DNA of 64,000 nt. It comes from a virus. The position numbers and the translations under genes were made by a program. The notes under the pieces were generated by a model. It saw only the letters and a list, made by a program, of their open reading frames with translations, did no database searches and had not been told where the DNA came from. Positions within the stretch are counted from its first letter, which is position 1, and each line of letters opens with the position of its first letter. Location of the stretch: the IMG/VR virus record IMGVR_UViG_3300045988_098382, one strand, 5' to 3'. Positions 9,926-19,926 of this stretch are shown here, piece by piece.

Positions 9926-10936
9926 TTACTTTTTGACATAGTTACTTAATTTTTTTATATAATACTTTATAAATTTTAAAGTATTCTGTCGACCATATTT
10001 TTTATAAAAATCACTTATATCTTTTACTTTGAATTTATGAGGTATAAAGAAATAAAGTAATTCTGGATGATTTCTTCTTATTTTAGCCATATTAAACATT
10101 CCAGGTCTATCATTATCATAAAAAGTTACTATATAAGTAAATCTTTCTTTTAGATCATTTAACATGTTTTCAGATAACCATTGTGTTTCACTATTTGGAG
10201 CACAGGCTGTTACACCTAAACCTTTTAAACACATAGTATCTTTCATACTTTTAGTTATGACTAATAAATTACCTTTTTTAGGTAACTGACTATAACCCTG
10301 AACTTTTTTAGAGGGCCAATTTGTTAGAAATCTATATTCCTTACGTTTAGGATAATAAATTCTCCACAATTCTTTACCTTTCATTGTTCCTCCATAATAT
10401 CCGAAGATAAAGTTATCTTTGGTCTTTATAGTTTGAATATTACCATTTAAAAATACAGTACGACAAGAATATACTTTATATTTATTTAGTAATTCTAAAG
10501 AAACTCCTTGTTTATTCCACCATTTTAATTCATCTTCTGAGAAATCTTTTATTTCTACTCGTATATCTGCTGGCTCGTTTGTTTTAACAAAAGAAGTGCT
10601 TGATTGTATTACAGAATGATAATTATTTTGTCCTTTTAATAAGCCAAAATCTTTAGCTATAATGTCTAATGCTTGATGGTATTTACAAGCATATTTAGTC
10701 ATAACTACAGATATAAAGTTTCCATAAAAACTCCCATTAAAATCATGAAATATAAGTTCTCCTTTAGAGTTACGAAAAAAGGAAGCCGTAGGATTTTTAT
10801 CTTTACGTAAAGGATTACAAATTAATTTTTTTGAAACTTTTACGCCAAGATAATACTCCATATAGGCTTCCTCTGTGTTATATTTAAGTAAGTAGTCCTT
10901 AGTAATATCTGGTTTATAAGAAAAATCTAATTCCAT
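9926..10936 (-). CDS. DnaG-like DNA primase (TOPRIM domain)
   Basis: Degenerate CHC2-like zinc motif CNPLRKDKNPTASF. TOPRIM E...DxD: LVITKSMKDTMCL ... VTFYDNDRPG. Confidence 0.6.
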   Translation of the reverse strand: MELDFSYKPDITKDYLLKYNTEEAYMEYYLGVKVSKKLICNPLRKDKNPTASFFRNSKGELIFHDFNGSFYGNFISVVMTKYACKYHQALDIIAKDFGLLKGQNNYHSVIQSSTSFVKTNEPADIRVEIKDFSEDELKWWNKQGVSLELLNKYKVYSCRTVFLNGNIQTIKTKDNFIFGYYGGTMKGKELWRIYYPKRKEYRFLTNWPSKKVQGYSQLPKKGNLLVITKSMKDTMCLKGLGVTACAPNSETQWLSENMLNDLKERFTYIVTFYDNDRPGMFNMAKIRRNHPELLYFFIPHKFKVKDISDFYKKYGRQNTLKFIKYYIKKLSNYVKK

Positions 10937-10959
10937 AAAAACTACTTACTTTATAATTA

Positions 10960-11730
10960 CTACATATCTGCCAGCATAGCGTCGAAGTCTTCATCTTGAG
11001 CCTCCTTGCCTTCAGTAGAGTCGATAGATTTAGCCTCTTCTGAATCAGCTGCTGGCACAGGAGCAGTAGGCTTACGCTTCTCCATATCCTCTTTCTGTTT
11101 AATCTCATAACTAGAGAATGACAATTTATCTTCTTCTAAGCTAGCAAAATTATCACGGATATAGAACTGCCCATCACTATTAATAGCTCCAATATCAGGA
11201 ATTTTGGCAAATACATTACCAGTTTCCTTCATAATTCCTTTTTCATCCTTTTTCTTTTCCTTACGACCACTAAGTTTTAAATAAAAGTTTTTATTCATAC
11301 AATACTTAGTCAATACTGCCTGGAAAAGCTGCATGAATTGGTCAGTACTCTTACAAGCAGGAGCTTTAGTTACAAACAATTCTTTAGCCTTATCACCTCC
11401 TACTACTGTTATAATATGCAGCATAAAACCCTTAAGCTGCTCAAATGCTGAAGGAAGTACATATGGGAACTCTACACCTTTAGAATCTTTTCTCTTACCC
11501 TCATATCTTTTAGCAGAATTTTCATTAGGATAAAATAATGACTCTTGATAAGTTCCTTGTTCTCCTTCAAAATGAAGTACTAGAGATTTCCAAGTTGTAT
11601 CAGGGTCTTGCTTACCTTTACCCTCTTTAACTTCTACACTTTTTAACTGAACGAGATAAATTCCATAAGGACGAAGACCTTTCTTACTTGTAGGATTAAT
11701 ATCACCAAGACCACCAAAATTTAAATTCAT
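10960..11730 (-). CDS. Putative ssDNA-binding protein (acidic C-terminal tail)
   Basis: C-terminus ...EAQDEDFDAMLADM resembles the acidic SSB tail. GC-enriched codons. Lies in the replication cluster. Confidence 0.4.
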   Translation of the reverse strand: MNLNFGGLGDINPTSKKGLRPYGIYLVQLKSVEVKEGKGKQDPDTTWKSLVLHFEGEQGTYQESLFYPNENSAKRYEGKRKDSKGVEFPYVLPSAFEQLKGFMLHIITVVGGDKAKELFVTKAPACKSTDQFMQLFQAVLTKYCMNKNFYLKLSGRKEKKKDEKGIMKETGNVFAKIPDIGAINSDGQFYIRDNFASLEEDKLSFSSYEIKQKEDMEKRKPTAPVPAADSEEAKSIDSTEGKEAQDEDFDAMLADM

Positions 11731-11742
11731 ATTGCTATATTA

Positions 11743-12348
11743 TTAAAGATTATCGAAATTAAAATCATTATCTGAGATTTCTGTATCATCTGCGTTGCCG
11801 TCAATAAGACTAGCCATTTCGTCATCTAATTCATCTTCTGATGCAATATCCTCTGCTTCAGGAACTACATCTTCTTTAATCTCAGGCTCTCGATTACCTG
11901 TTAATATAAACAATCCATCAATTTTAGGATGTGGAGTGAAAGTAAACTCATTACCATGCTCAGCAAGGTTCTGGTTATTTTTTCCTCTATATGAAACTGC
12001 ATTCTTCTGAGTTAATTTATTACCTGACTGCGTACCAAATGTTTCAGCAGCTCCGATAACTAAGCACTCCTTTTTATTAAGCTTCTGTTGTTTAATATCT
12101 ACTTTATCTCCTGGTTCTACACCAAGAGCCTCAACAGCAGCCTTATTAAGAATATACTTATTTTCCTCAAGAATTAATAGTGGATTAGGATTTGTATCAT
12201 CTACTTCTGAGTCTTTCTTTTTAGAAGAAGACTTACGAGTAGACGGCTTCTTTACAGAATCATCCTTCAATTCACGTGTATCAGTAAAAATTTCTCCAGT
12301 TTCTTCATTAAGCCACTCGGACTTAATTGTCATTTTAATTAGCTTCAT
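11743..12348 (-). CDS. Hypothetical protein with acidic C-terminus
   Basis: 201-aa ORF ending in a D/E-rich tail (DNDFNFDNL). Confidence 0.45.
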   Translation of the reverse strand: MKLIKMTIKSEWLNEETGEIFTDTRELKDDSVKKPSTRKSSSKKKDSEVDDTNPNPLLILEENKYILNKAAVEALGVEPGDKVDIKQQKLNKKECLVIGAAETFGTQSGNKLTQKNAVSYRGKNNQNLAEHGNEFTFTPHPKIDGLFILTGNREPEIKEDVVPEAEDIASEDELDDEMASLIDGNADDTEISDNDFNFDNL

Positions 12349-13090
12349 TTAAAATATTGTCATCATTATTGGTTTCATTATTATCATCTGCGATTTCTTC
12401 TTCTTCCTCACCATATTCAAAGTTATGGATAGTATCTAAAACCTTCTGCATATTAGGTTCAATCAGTTTATCTTTAAAACATCCATCAACACTACGACAA
12501 GTATCGTTACCATTGGTTTTAGTTCTAAAGAAATAACTAATATTGCCCTCATCATCAACCTGGCGTTCAGTATATAAAATATAAGAAAATAAACCGTCAA
12601 TATTTACAGTTCTATCCAACATTTTACCACTAGAGTATAACTGCCAATGTTCGTCGAGGTCAGTACCAGCATTAATAATATGACTAATGAATACTACATT
12701 AAGATCTTCACGCAATTCACTAGCTTCCATGATTAAATCATAGTAATTTTTAGCAAATATAACGTGTTTATCCCAACCCTTTTCAAGGGCAGAATCCATT
12801 ATATTATTTGAAAGACAATAATTAGCATCATCTACAACTACTGTCTTAATATCAGAACGTAATTTATCAATAATTTTCAACCACTTACCAATAGTAGTAT
12901 AATCATTAGATACAAGCCAATTTCCAACTGGCTTCTTATTTATAACTTCAGCTTTCTTGTATTTACGTCTAAATCCAGGAATTTGAAGCTGCTTGTTAGT
13001 ACAACTAATAATAAATGTTGATTTATAATCTAAATAACGCAAAGAAGTGCTTTTTCCGGTACCACTCAAACCTGCTAAACCAATAATCAT
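12335..13090 (-). CDS. P-loop NTPase (possible Sak4/RecA-like recombination ATPase)
   Basis: Walker A GLAGLSGTGKST at the N-terminus. Acidic tail. Next to helicase and primase. Confidence 0.5.
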   Translation of the reverse strand: MIIGLAGLSGTGKSTSLRYLDYKSTFIISCTNKQLQIPGFRRKYKKAEVINKKPVGNWLVSNDYTTIGKWLKIIDKLRSDIKTVVVDDANYCLSNNIMDSALEKGWDKHVIFAKNYYDLIMEASELREDLNVVFISHIINAGTDLDEHWQLYSSGKMLDRTVNIDGLFSYILYTERQVDDEGNISYFFRTKTNGNDTCRSVDGCFKDKLIEPNMQKVLDTIHNFEYGEEEEEIADDNNETNNDDNILNEAN

Positions 13091-14169
13091 AAACTATAGT
13101 CTAATTTATTTTTCACTTTTTCATCTTTATCTTCATTCTTTATTATATTATCTGTTGAACTGTTATTTGTAGCTCGATATCTAGAATAATCAAAGATTTC
13201 TTCTGGCTTAGGCATTTCCATCCACTTATTTACTGCTCCGTCAAAGAAACAGCAATCAGCTACTTGATTTTCTCCATATCTTGACTTTAGTACAAGAATA
13301 CTTCGAAACCTATAACCCATTTCTTTAACTTGATAACCTCTATAAGTTGTTCTTTTATCAACTTGAGGATTATATACAGCTAAAATAATTTCAGAGTTCT
13401 CTGAAACAGTGGATGTTTCCTTAATATCCTCCACCATTGGCTCCATGAAAGCTTCATTCTTTTTTCTTTCCATGTTAGCAACTGCTCTATTGGATTGCAT
13501 AACAATAATTGGAGATAATCCTGTTTTATTTCTAATGATAACTAATTTATTAGTATAATCATCAATCTCTCCTTTTCTGTTCCTTCCATTAGATGGCTGG
13601 ATCAATCCAACATGGTCAGTTACTGAAAGTATTACTTTTTCAGGGTCTTTTGGAATATATTTATTCTCTATAAATTCTCCTTCTTTTTTAAGCTCTTCCA
13701 TTGTAACTTTTATGAGCTTATCAGAATTAAAAGAGCCTTCGTATATAGTTAGTACTTTATATACTTTTTCTAGCCAACCATATCCTAGTTGTACATACTC
13801 ATATAAATCATCAGGTAAAATATAATCTTTACCTATAGATAATATTTGTTTAGCAGTTACAACAATATGATAGGTATCATATAAATAGGTACTTAATAAT
13901 TTAGCTATAATAAAATCTTCTTTCATTTCAAGAGCAAAGAAAATAATTTTTAATTTATTATCTTCTAAATGCTCTTTTAAAGGAGCATATATATAAGAAT
14001 ATAATACACATGAACTTTTACCCTGTCCTGAACTCGCAAATAAGAGAGTCATGGTACTTTTAGTAATACCTCCTATTAATTCTTCCAATTTAGGAAGACC
14101 CATACTAAATCCTTGATTAAATCCTTGTCTACCAAGCTCTATCGAACGTTTAAAACTTTCTAAACTCAC
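13087..14169 (-). CDS. DnaB-like replicative helicase (RecA-fold C-terminal domain only)
   Basis: GLPKLEELIGGI...LLFASSGQGKSS Walker A in a DnaB C-terminal-like arrangement. Confidence 0.65.
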   Translation of the reverse strand: MSLESFKRSIELGRQGFNQGFSMGLPKLEELIGGITKSTMTLLFASSGQGKSSCVLYSYIYAPLKEHLEDNKLKIIFFALEMKEDFIIAKLLSTYLYDTYHIVVTAKQILSIGKDYILPDDLYEYVQLGYGWLEKVYKVLTIYEGSFNSDKLIKVTMEELKKEGEFIENKYIPKDPEKVILSVTDHVGLIQPSNGRNRKGEIDDYTNKLVIIRNKTGLSPIIVMQSNRAVANMERKKNEAFMEPMVEDIKETSTVSENSEIILAVYNPQVDKRTTYRGYQVKEMGYRFRSILVLKSRYGENQVADCCFFDGAVNKWMEMPKPEEIFDYSRYRATNNSSTDNIIKNEDKDEKVKNKLDYSL

Positions 14170-14777
14170 AGAGTGGTGATTGAATTATAATTCATACCTG
14201 AATCTCCATTCTTTAAAGCTTCAAGGTCTTCCCATTTTTCATCTACAATAAATGTAGCTAAGCTATAATTAATAATACCATTATCAGTATTAGCTTCCCA
14301 ATCTAGTAAATCAATAATCTTTTTATGAAGTTCTTCATTCCAATGAATTTTCTTCCCATAAGTTCTATAAGCATCTTCAAGACTATTAAACTTTTTAGAA
14401 ACACCTAGCATACTAGTTAAGCATCCATTAATATTTCTAAATCTAGGATAATGTTCTCTAAGTTCTTTCCCCATTTCAAAGGAACTCTTAGCTAAACATT
14501 TTAAGAAGTTTTTATTAAATGGTATTTCTTCAGGAACTAGTTTCATTCCTGGAATAATTTTATAACTTTTAAGAATAAGACCTTTATCTTGTAAAGATTT
14601 AAGTACATCTATAAAACTTCCTACATATTTTTTATCAATAGCTAAATACCTACGAAGATAATCTTCTGAATAATCTTCTATATAAGCATTTATAGCTTTA
14701 ACAACAAATAATTCAGTAGGAGTAATATTATATTTTTCTAAAATTGTTATTTCTTCATCAATGTTTAAATCAAACAT
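14166..14777 (-). CDS. Hypothetical protein
   Basis: 203-aa ORF. Confidence 0.45.
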   Translation of the reverse strand: MFDLNIDEEITILEKYNITPTELFVVKAINAYIEDYSEDYLRRYLAIDKKYVGSFIDVLKSLQDKGLILKSYKIIPGMKLVPEEIPFNKNFLKCLAKSSFEMGKELREHYPRFRNINGCLTSMLGVSKKFNSLEDAYRTYGKKIHWNEELHKKIIDLLDWEANTDNGIINYSLATFIVDEKWEDLEALKNGDSGMNYNSITTL

Positions 14778-14855
14778 ACAGTAATTCGGATAATTAAAAA
14801 TCTTCCATACTGTAATTAAGTTAATCTCTTTTCAGAGCGATATTAATACATAGAT

Positions 14856-16145
14856 TCAGAATCTAAAATCAAATTTAGGAACTATCTTTTCACCTGGAGT
14901 AAAGTCTTTACCTTGTAACACTTTATCCAATTCTGATTCGTCTATAGTTATAAAAGAATCTCCTTTATGAGAATCATAAAACCACTTAGTTTCTTGAGTC
15001 CTATTTAATACTATATTGAATATCTCTGCTGTCTTACCTTTTTCAAAGCGTATTGACCTTCCTCTTCGTTGACAAGCTCTAGTAGTTGAACTATCTAATC
15101 CAAATATAATAGCTACAGAAAGACCTTTCACATCAAGTCCTTCATCAGCTTTTTTTACTGTAGATAATAAAGTTATTTTTCCAGAGTTAAAATCTTCAAT
15201 AGCTGTAGCACTTCTTTTCTTAGAAGTTCTACTAGAATATACAGTAGCATTAGGAATTTTTTCTGCCATTTTAATATTATTAGCAAAAGTTATTATTTTT
15301 TTATCCTTCCTAGCTTCTATAATTTTCTTTACTATTTCAATTTTCTTTGGATGATTATTTATGAAAGCTTTTTTCTCATGCATAGTAGCCCAAAATCTGA
15401 TAGCATGATAATTTATATTTTGTAGTACTTCAGATTTTTTGTTAGGGTCACTACACATAGAATCTCTTAGGAGCAGTTTATTTCGCCAACCCATAGGACC
15501 AGCTAATTTATTAACTAACTCCCAAGAGAATCCGAAGAATTCAAAATGAGAAATGAATTCTTTATTTATTTTTTCATATTCTTCTAAATCATCAACATTT
15601 ACTAAGACTAGATATTCTTTATATGGGCTAACCCAACCATTTGCAAGACAAGTATTAATATCAATAGTATCAATTACTGGACAATATTGTGCTAATATTT
15701 TATCTCTACCATCAAGACGCTCAAAAGTAGCTGTAAGACCTAAGATAAATTGGTATTTTACTACCTCAAATAATCTTACAAAAGTCTCAGCTGCATATCT
15801 ATGCGCCTCATCTAATACTAAAAGATCATATTTGGCAGGATGTTTTATTACAGTGTTTATTATTTGTACATCGCAACTTAATCCTAGCCCATTAGAATCT
15901 ATATGACCACACCATTGTTTTTGTAAAGTTTCTGTTGGTACAATTATTAGTACTCGATATTGTGGAAAGTGTTTTAGCACTGTTTTAATACAGTTTAGTC
16001 CTATTCTGCTCTTACCAAATCCAGTAGATGCAACTATTGTCCCTACACAACGATTTTTTATCCATTTTCTACGACATTCTTCTTGTCGTTCATCTCTAGT
16101 GATTTTATGAAATAATTCTCCCTCAATCAGAGAGTTTGTAGCCAT
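14856..16145 (-). CDS. SF2 DEAD/DEAH-box helicase (UvsW/RecG-like)
   Basis: Walker A ASTGFGKS, DEAH box LVLDEAHR, motif III GLTAT, motif VI QRRGRSIR. Confidence 0.75.
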   Translation of the reverse strand: MATNSLIEGELFHKITRDERQEECRRKWIKNRCVGTIVASTGFGKSRIGLNCIKTVLKHFPQYRVLIIVPTETLQKQWCGHIDSNGLGLSCDVQIINTVIKHPAKYDLLVLDEAHRYAAETFVRLFEVVKYQFILGLTATFERLDGRDKILAQYCPVIDTIDINTCLANGWVSPYKEYLVLVNVDDLEEYEKINKEFISHFEFFGFSWELVNKLAGPMGWRNKLLLRDSMCSDPNKKSEVLQNINYHAIRFWATMHEKKAFINNHPKKIEIVKKIIEARKDKKIITFANNIKMAEKIPNATVYSSRTSKKRSATAIEDFNSGKITLLSTVKKADEGLDVKGLSVAIIFGLDSSTTRACQRRGRSIRFEKGKTAEIFNIVLNRTQETKWFYDSHKGDSFITIDESELDKVLQGKDFTPGEKIVPKFDFRF

Positions 16146-17109
16146 TATATTTAGCTACTGCTTTGATTTGTTTAATACGCTTCTCCCACTCTGAAGCTTG
16201 CCATCTAACCTTATTTTCAAGATGAAGTAAAACTTTATCTCTTAAGGTTTCTAATTGTACTTTAGTCAGATCATTATAACGCTTATCATATTTATCCTTA
16301 CGGAATGTAAGCATTGCACTAAACTCTTTTAGAGTTAAGCCTTTTCTATCATCAATTTTTAAAACAAGACCTTTCTTGTCTTCAGGATTCTTAGGATCTC
16401 TCAGTTTAATATTTAGAAGTTCAGCAACTTGCTTAATTCTATCTACTAAACGACCATTCTCGTCTTTCTTATTTAATTCTAATAACTCAGAACGTGTAAA
16501 CCACAATCCAAGCTCAGTAATGAATGTAAGAGTAATATGTTTACGAATACATTTACCTAAAGCAGATAAACAAGCTTCTCTAACAATATACAATGGTAAT
16601 GAAGCAAACATAGTAAATGAATCTTCATCACTATTCATAATATCATTAAGAGTCCATTCTTTAAAGAGAGTCTCTGCAATAGCACTAGCATTTGTCTCTC
16701 CTTCGCCTCTTTCTGCATTATCTTTGGCAAACTGTTCTGCCTGAGAAGTAATCTGTTGATTAAGCATATTAAAGAAACTAGTTCTTACAATACCTTGTCT
16801 AGTACTACCTTCACCTGGATACAATAGCCAAATTAAGAACAACTCAGCATTGCATCGAGTTCTTTGGTCTTCAATCTGTTCCAACAAAACTCGTCGTCCA
16901 GGATTTTCATAGTTGTCACTATAAAGCATTGATTCACAATGTTTATATGCTTTACGTAATTCTTCTTCAGTCATATCTACCATTTTTATGGAAGACTGAA
17001 CGCGTTCACCATCTACAATTTTTCTGGAACCTTTCCAGAGAAATGTTTCTACATCATTATTCTTAGCTTCTAAAGCTTGATTGAGTTTATCACCTAAAAC
17101 TGTTGTCAT
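16123..17109 (-). CDS. Hypothetical protein
   Basis: 328-aa ORF. Confidence 0.45.
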   Translation of the reverse strand: MTTVLGDKLNQALEAKNNDVETFLWKGSRKIVDGERVQSSIKMVDMTEEELRKAYKHCESMLYSDNYENPGRRVLLEQIEDQRTRCNAELFLIWLLYPGEGSTRQGIVRTSFFNMLNQQITSQAEQFAKDNAERGEGETNASAIAETLFKEWTLNDIMNSDEDSFTMFASLPLYIVREACLSALGKCIRKHITLTFITELGLWFTRSELLELNKKDENGRLVDRIKQVAELLNIKLRDPKNPEDKKGLVLKIDDRKGLTLKEFSAMLTFRKDKYDKRYNDLTKVQLETLRDKVLLHLENKVRWQASEWEKRIKQIKAVAKYNGYKLSD

Positions 17110-17125
17110 AAATCTTAAAGATTAT

Positions 17126-17464
17126 TTATTGTATTATTATATCATCTACGTTTTTAGGTCTTTGAGGGACAAACTTAATAAACCAGACATTATTATATCT
17201 GTATTTCTGTTGTGTGTCTCCATCGTACCATTCATCTATTCCTGCTATTACAGGCTTCACTTCGAGATAACCAATATCCCCATAATTTATAGTAGCAGCG
17301 CTCCAATTAGGAGGTTGAGTACACATAAGGTATTTAGTTTTTTCTCTAAGCTTATCCTCATTATCTAACAATTCGAATACATATATTACATAGCCTAAGC
17401 TATCATTAAATTTCTCGAGTAATTTACTATAAACAACCATTAATTGATAAATAAATTTCCGCAA
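17126..17464 (-). CDS. Hypothetical protein
   Basis: 112-aa ORF. Confidence 0.4.
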   Translation of the reverse strand: MRKFIYQLMVVYSKLLEKFNDSLGYVIYVFELLDNEDKLREKTKYLMCTQPPNWSAATINYGDIGYLEVKPVIAGIDEWYDGDTQQKYRYNNVWFIKFVPQRPKNVDDIIIQ

Positions 17465-17672
17465 TAATATGGTAATCCTTTTTCAAGGCGTAAATATTAT
17501 TTATCAATTTTTAGTAATTTTAGTTATCTAGGATTATAATTTCTGCATCCATACTTAGCAAAATTACATTTAAGCATGTCCATATTTACTAAGCATTTAT
17601 ATCTTTTACAATTCTTACAATCTCTATCTGGAAATTTAAATTTCTTACCGTCAGTATCCTTTATGTAAGTAT

Positions 17673-18038
17673 CTAATGTATTAGAGCACATATTATAGAT
17701 AATATACTTATACCTCCAAATAAATAATTCAATTTTGATAATTTTTTATTTTGTATATACAATTCATTATTTTTATCAGATTGAATCTTTATTTGATAAT
17801 CTTTATATGTTAGCGTACTATCCATTGTATTTACTAAAGATTTATAGTTATTTATTTGAATTTTTTGTAGACTATCATTTACTAGTAAATATTTATGCTC
17901 ATTAAAAATAAGATTAGTTATTTTTAATTGATACGGTGTCAATAAGAAGTTTTCTCCCGACTTCTTGAATGTAGTTTGTGAAAAACTGCATGTCGCTATC
18001 AGGAGACTGCTTAATAATATTGTCCTTCTCTTTAACAT
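17673..18038 (-). CDS. Lipoprotein with C-terminal TM segment (u-spanin-like). Start at internal Met MLKRRTILLSSLLIATCSF.
   Basis: n-region KRR, hydrophobic core, lipobox-like LIATC, C-terminal hydrophobic LFGGISILSIICALIH. Its 5' end overlaps the upstream membrane-protein gene in another frame. Confidence 0.4.
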   Translation of the reverse strand: MLKRRTILLSSLLIATCSFSQTTFKKSGENFLLTPYQLKITNLIFNEHKYLLVNDSLQKIQINNYKSLVNTMDSTLTYKDYQIKIQSDKNNELYIQNKKLSKLNYLFGGISILSIICALIH

Positions 18039-18246
18039 AGATAGTTTTATTATAGTAGATAGCAGTATCACACTTATTGATATCAACTTTAATAGAATTT
18101 TTCTTACTATTTAATGAGTCTATTTTTCTTTCTAAAGTATCTGTAGGTATTACAGTGGTAGATTTAAATCCTTTATATAAAAAGATAGTAGCTCCTATAA
18201 TAGTAATTAAAACTAATATTAAAATTATTCTATCTAAAAGTTTCAT
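17914..18246 (-). CDS. Type II (N-in) membrane protein, i-spanin-like
   Basis: N-terminal TM IILILVLITIIGATIFLY. The rest is hydrophilic and predicted periplasmic. Overlaps the lipoprotein gene. Confidence 0.4.
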   Translation of the reverse strand: MKLLDRIILILVLITIIGATIFLYKGFKSTTVIPTDTLERKIDSLNSKKNSIKVDINKCDTAIYYNKTIYVKEKDNIIKQSPDSDMQFFTNYIQEVGRKLLIDTVSIKNN

Positions 18247-18668
18247 TAATCTTCTACTACCTTATTATATAAAGCTGTTTTTTCAGCTAAAGCTTTAGAT
18301 TTTTCATATTTATCTTTAGCTTTAGCATATGCGACACTATACTGCTCAGGATATTGTTTTACGTGATTAACTTCATTATCGAGTATGTGTTTTACAGTCT
18401 CAATATTAAGAAGTCCTGCTCTACCTATTAGTACATTGGTATTTCTATCACTAATACTTTTACCATAAGCAATTTTCTTACCAAGTTCATTGTTGTGTTT
18501 ATCTACCGGATTACAGAAAGATACTCCAAAACTAAGAATTCTAGTAGGATTTTCAAATATAGCACTTTCTCTAAGAACAGCGCATACTACAAAGTAATGA
18601 TCTTTACCTTCAAAGTCTACAAAACTACCTTCTCTGTAATCTACAAGTTTCTGTTTAGTATTTGTCAT
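18246..18668 (-). CDS. Hypothetical protein
   Basis: 140-aa ORF between the spanin-like pair and the putative holin. No lysozyme motif recognised. Confidence 0.45.
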   Translation of the reverse strand: MTNTKQKLVDYREGSFVDFEGKDHYFVVCAVLRESAIFENPTRILSFGVSFCNPVDKHNNELGKKIAYGKSISDRNTNVLIGRAGLLNIETVKHILDNEVNHVKQYPEQYSVAYAKAKDKYEKSKALAEKTALYNKVVED

Positions 18669-18934
18669 AATTTTTTAAATTTGGAATTATTAATAATATA
18701 ATCTAGAGGAGCTGATACTAAATCAATGGATTTTATAATTCTATATCCAATCTTTTTAGTAACTTGTACTCTCTCTTTAAGAGGTTTACTAGAAGATATA
18801 AACTTACTACCTAGCAATTCTTCTCTATCTTTATAGTGAGCATATGCTGTAAGTTCATAGACGAACATCTTAGAAACTGTAATGTCTCTATGATGTTCGT
18901 CTCTCCAAGTAGTTATAGGAATGGACTTAATCAT
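18665..18934 (-). CDS. Hypothetical protein
   Basis: 89-aa ORF. Confidence 0.4.
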   Translation of the reverse strand: MIKSIPITTWRDEHHRDITVSKMFVYELTAYAHYKDREELLGSKFISSSKPLKERVQVTKKIGYRIIKSIDLVSAPLDYIINNSKFKKL

Positions 18935-19248
18935 TCCTCCATCAAAGTAGTGTTGTTAGGAGTTTCTCCCACAATATCATATAATCTATGAAGTTCTTTT
19001 GTATATGAATCTAAATATTGTTGCATAGTAAAAGCCTTTTCAGGATTAGCTCTAGCTACTCTATATCTAGCAATTGATGCCATAGCTCCAGATAAGGTTA
19101 ATCCATATCCTGCTAAAGTAAGTTCCTCTCTAGCCTCTCTAGTTTTAGATTTGGCATTAATGGTTTTCATAATATATAAATCCCAATGAGGACAACTTTC
19201 ATCATTTGTTGAAGATCTTAATTCAAAATCAGATTCTTTAATTATCAT
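18931..19248 (-). CDS. Hypothetical protein
   Basis: 105-aa ORF. Confidence 0.4.
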   Translation of the reverse strand: MIIKESDFELRSSTNDESCPHWDLYIMKTINAKSKTREAREELTLAGYGLTLSGAMASIARYRVARANPEKAFTMQQYLDSYTKELHRLYDIVGETPNNTTLMEE

Positions 19249-19516
19249 AGATTACTTGGATCCAATACCACCAGGTCTTGTTGTTGCATTCTTTACTGTC
19301 TGAGGGAGCTTATCCCACCATACCTGCTTCTGACGAAGTCTTTCAAGCTTTGCCTTATACTTCATTTTAACTAGAATTGAAAATTAAAAGAAAATTAATC
19401 ATCTGTATAATATTAAAATTATCTAGGTAAAATACCATAATTTAGTCATAGACACGTCTAGAATAGTCTACAAACTTCTAAATTTAGAATCATGAACAAT
19501 TTATCACTCTAGAAAT

Positions 19517-19548
19517 GAAAATGTCTTAGAGAGACTCTGAGACATTAC
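19517..19548 (-). terminator. Rho-independent terminator overlapping the 3' end of a small gene
   Basis: AAUGUCUCAGAG-UCU-CUCUAAGACAUU 12-bp stem followed by UUCAUUUCU. Confidence 0.5.
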
Positions 19549-19710
19549 CTTCAAAGTGCTCCTCAGCATACTTACGAGCATCTTTGATATCATCGAAATA
19601 TCTACTTGGTTTTAATCTGTCACTACGTTTTACCGCAATTTTACCACCAGTAGTACGATAAATAGTGATAGTGTCTACTGTTACTTTTACAATTTCTTTA
19701 GCCATAATTA
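19531..19710 (-). CDS. Small hypothetical protein (59 aa, MAKEIVKVTVDTITIYRTTGGK...)
   Basis: Hand-translated minus-strand ORF, below the track size cut-off. Its 3' end is embedded in a hairpin terminator. Confidence 0.3.
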
Positions 19711-19926
19711 ATTATTTTTAAAAATTTTACTTAAAGTTTCTGTTAACTCAGGGTATAAATAATACAGTGCTAATAATGTATTTATAATTGGACATACTAG
19801 TATTAATACTGATACTATATTAAAAGGAACATTATTTTCATCCCATTTGTATATAACAGCAAATGCAGATCCAACATAAATAGCTATACTAGCAAAAACA
19901 ATTATTATTGATAGAACTAAATACAT
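19708..19926 (-). CDS. Small two-TM membrane protein, holin candidate
   Basis: 72 aa, two hydrophobic helices. Located 1.5 kb from the spanin-like pair. Confidence 0.35.
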   Translation of the reverse strand: MYLVLSIIIVFASIAIYVGSAFAVIYKWDENNVPFNIVSVLILVCPIINTLLALYYLYPELTETLSKIFKNN

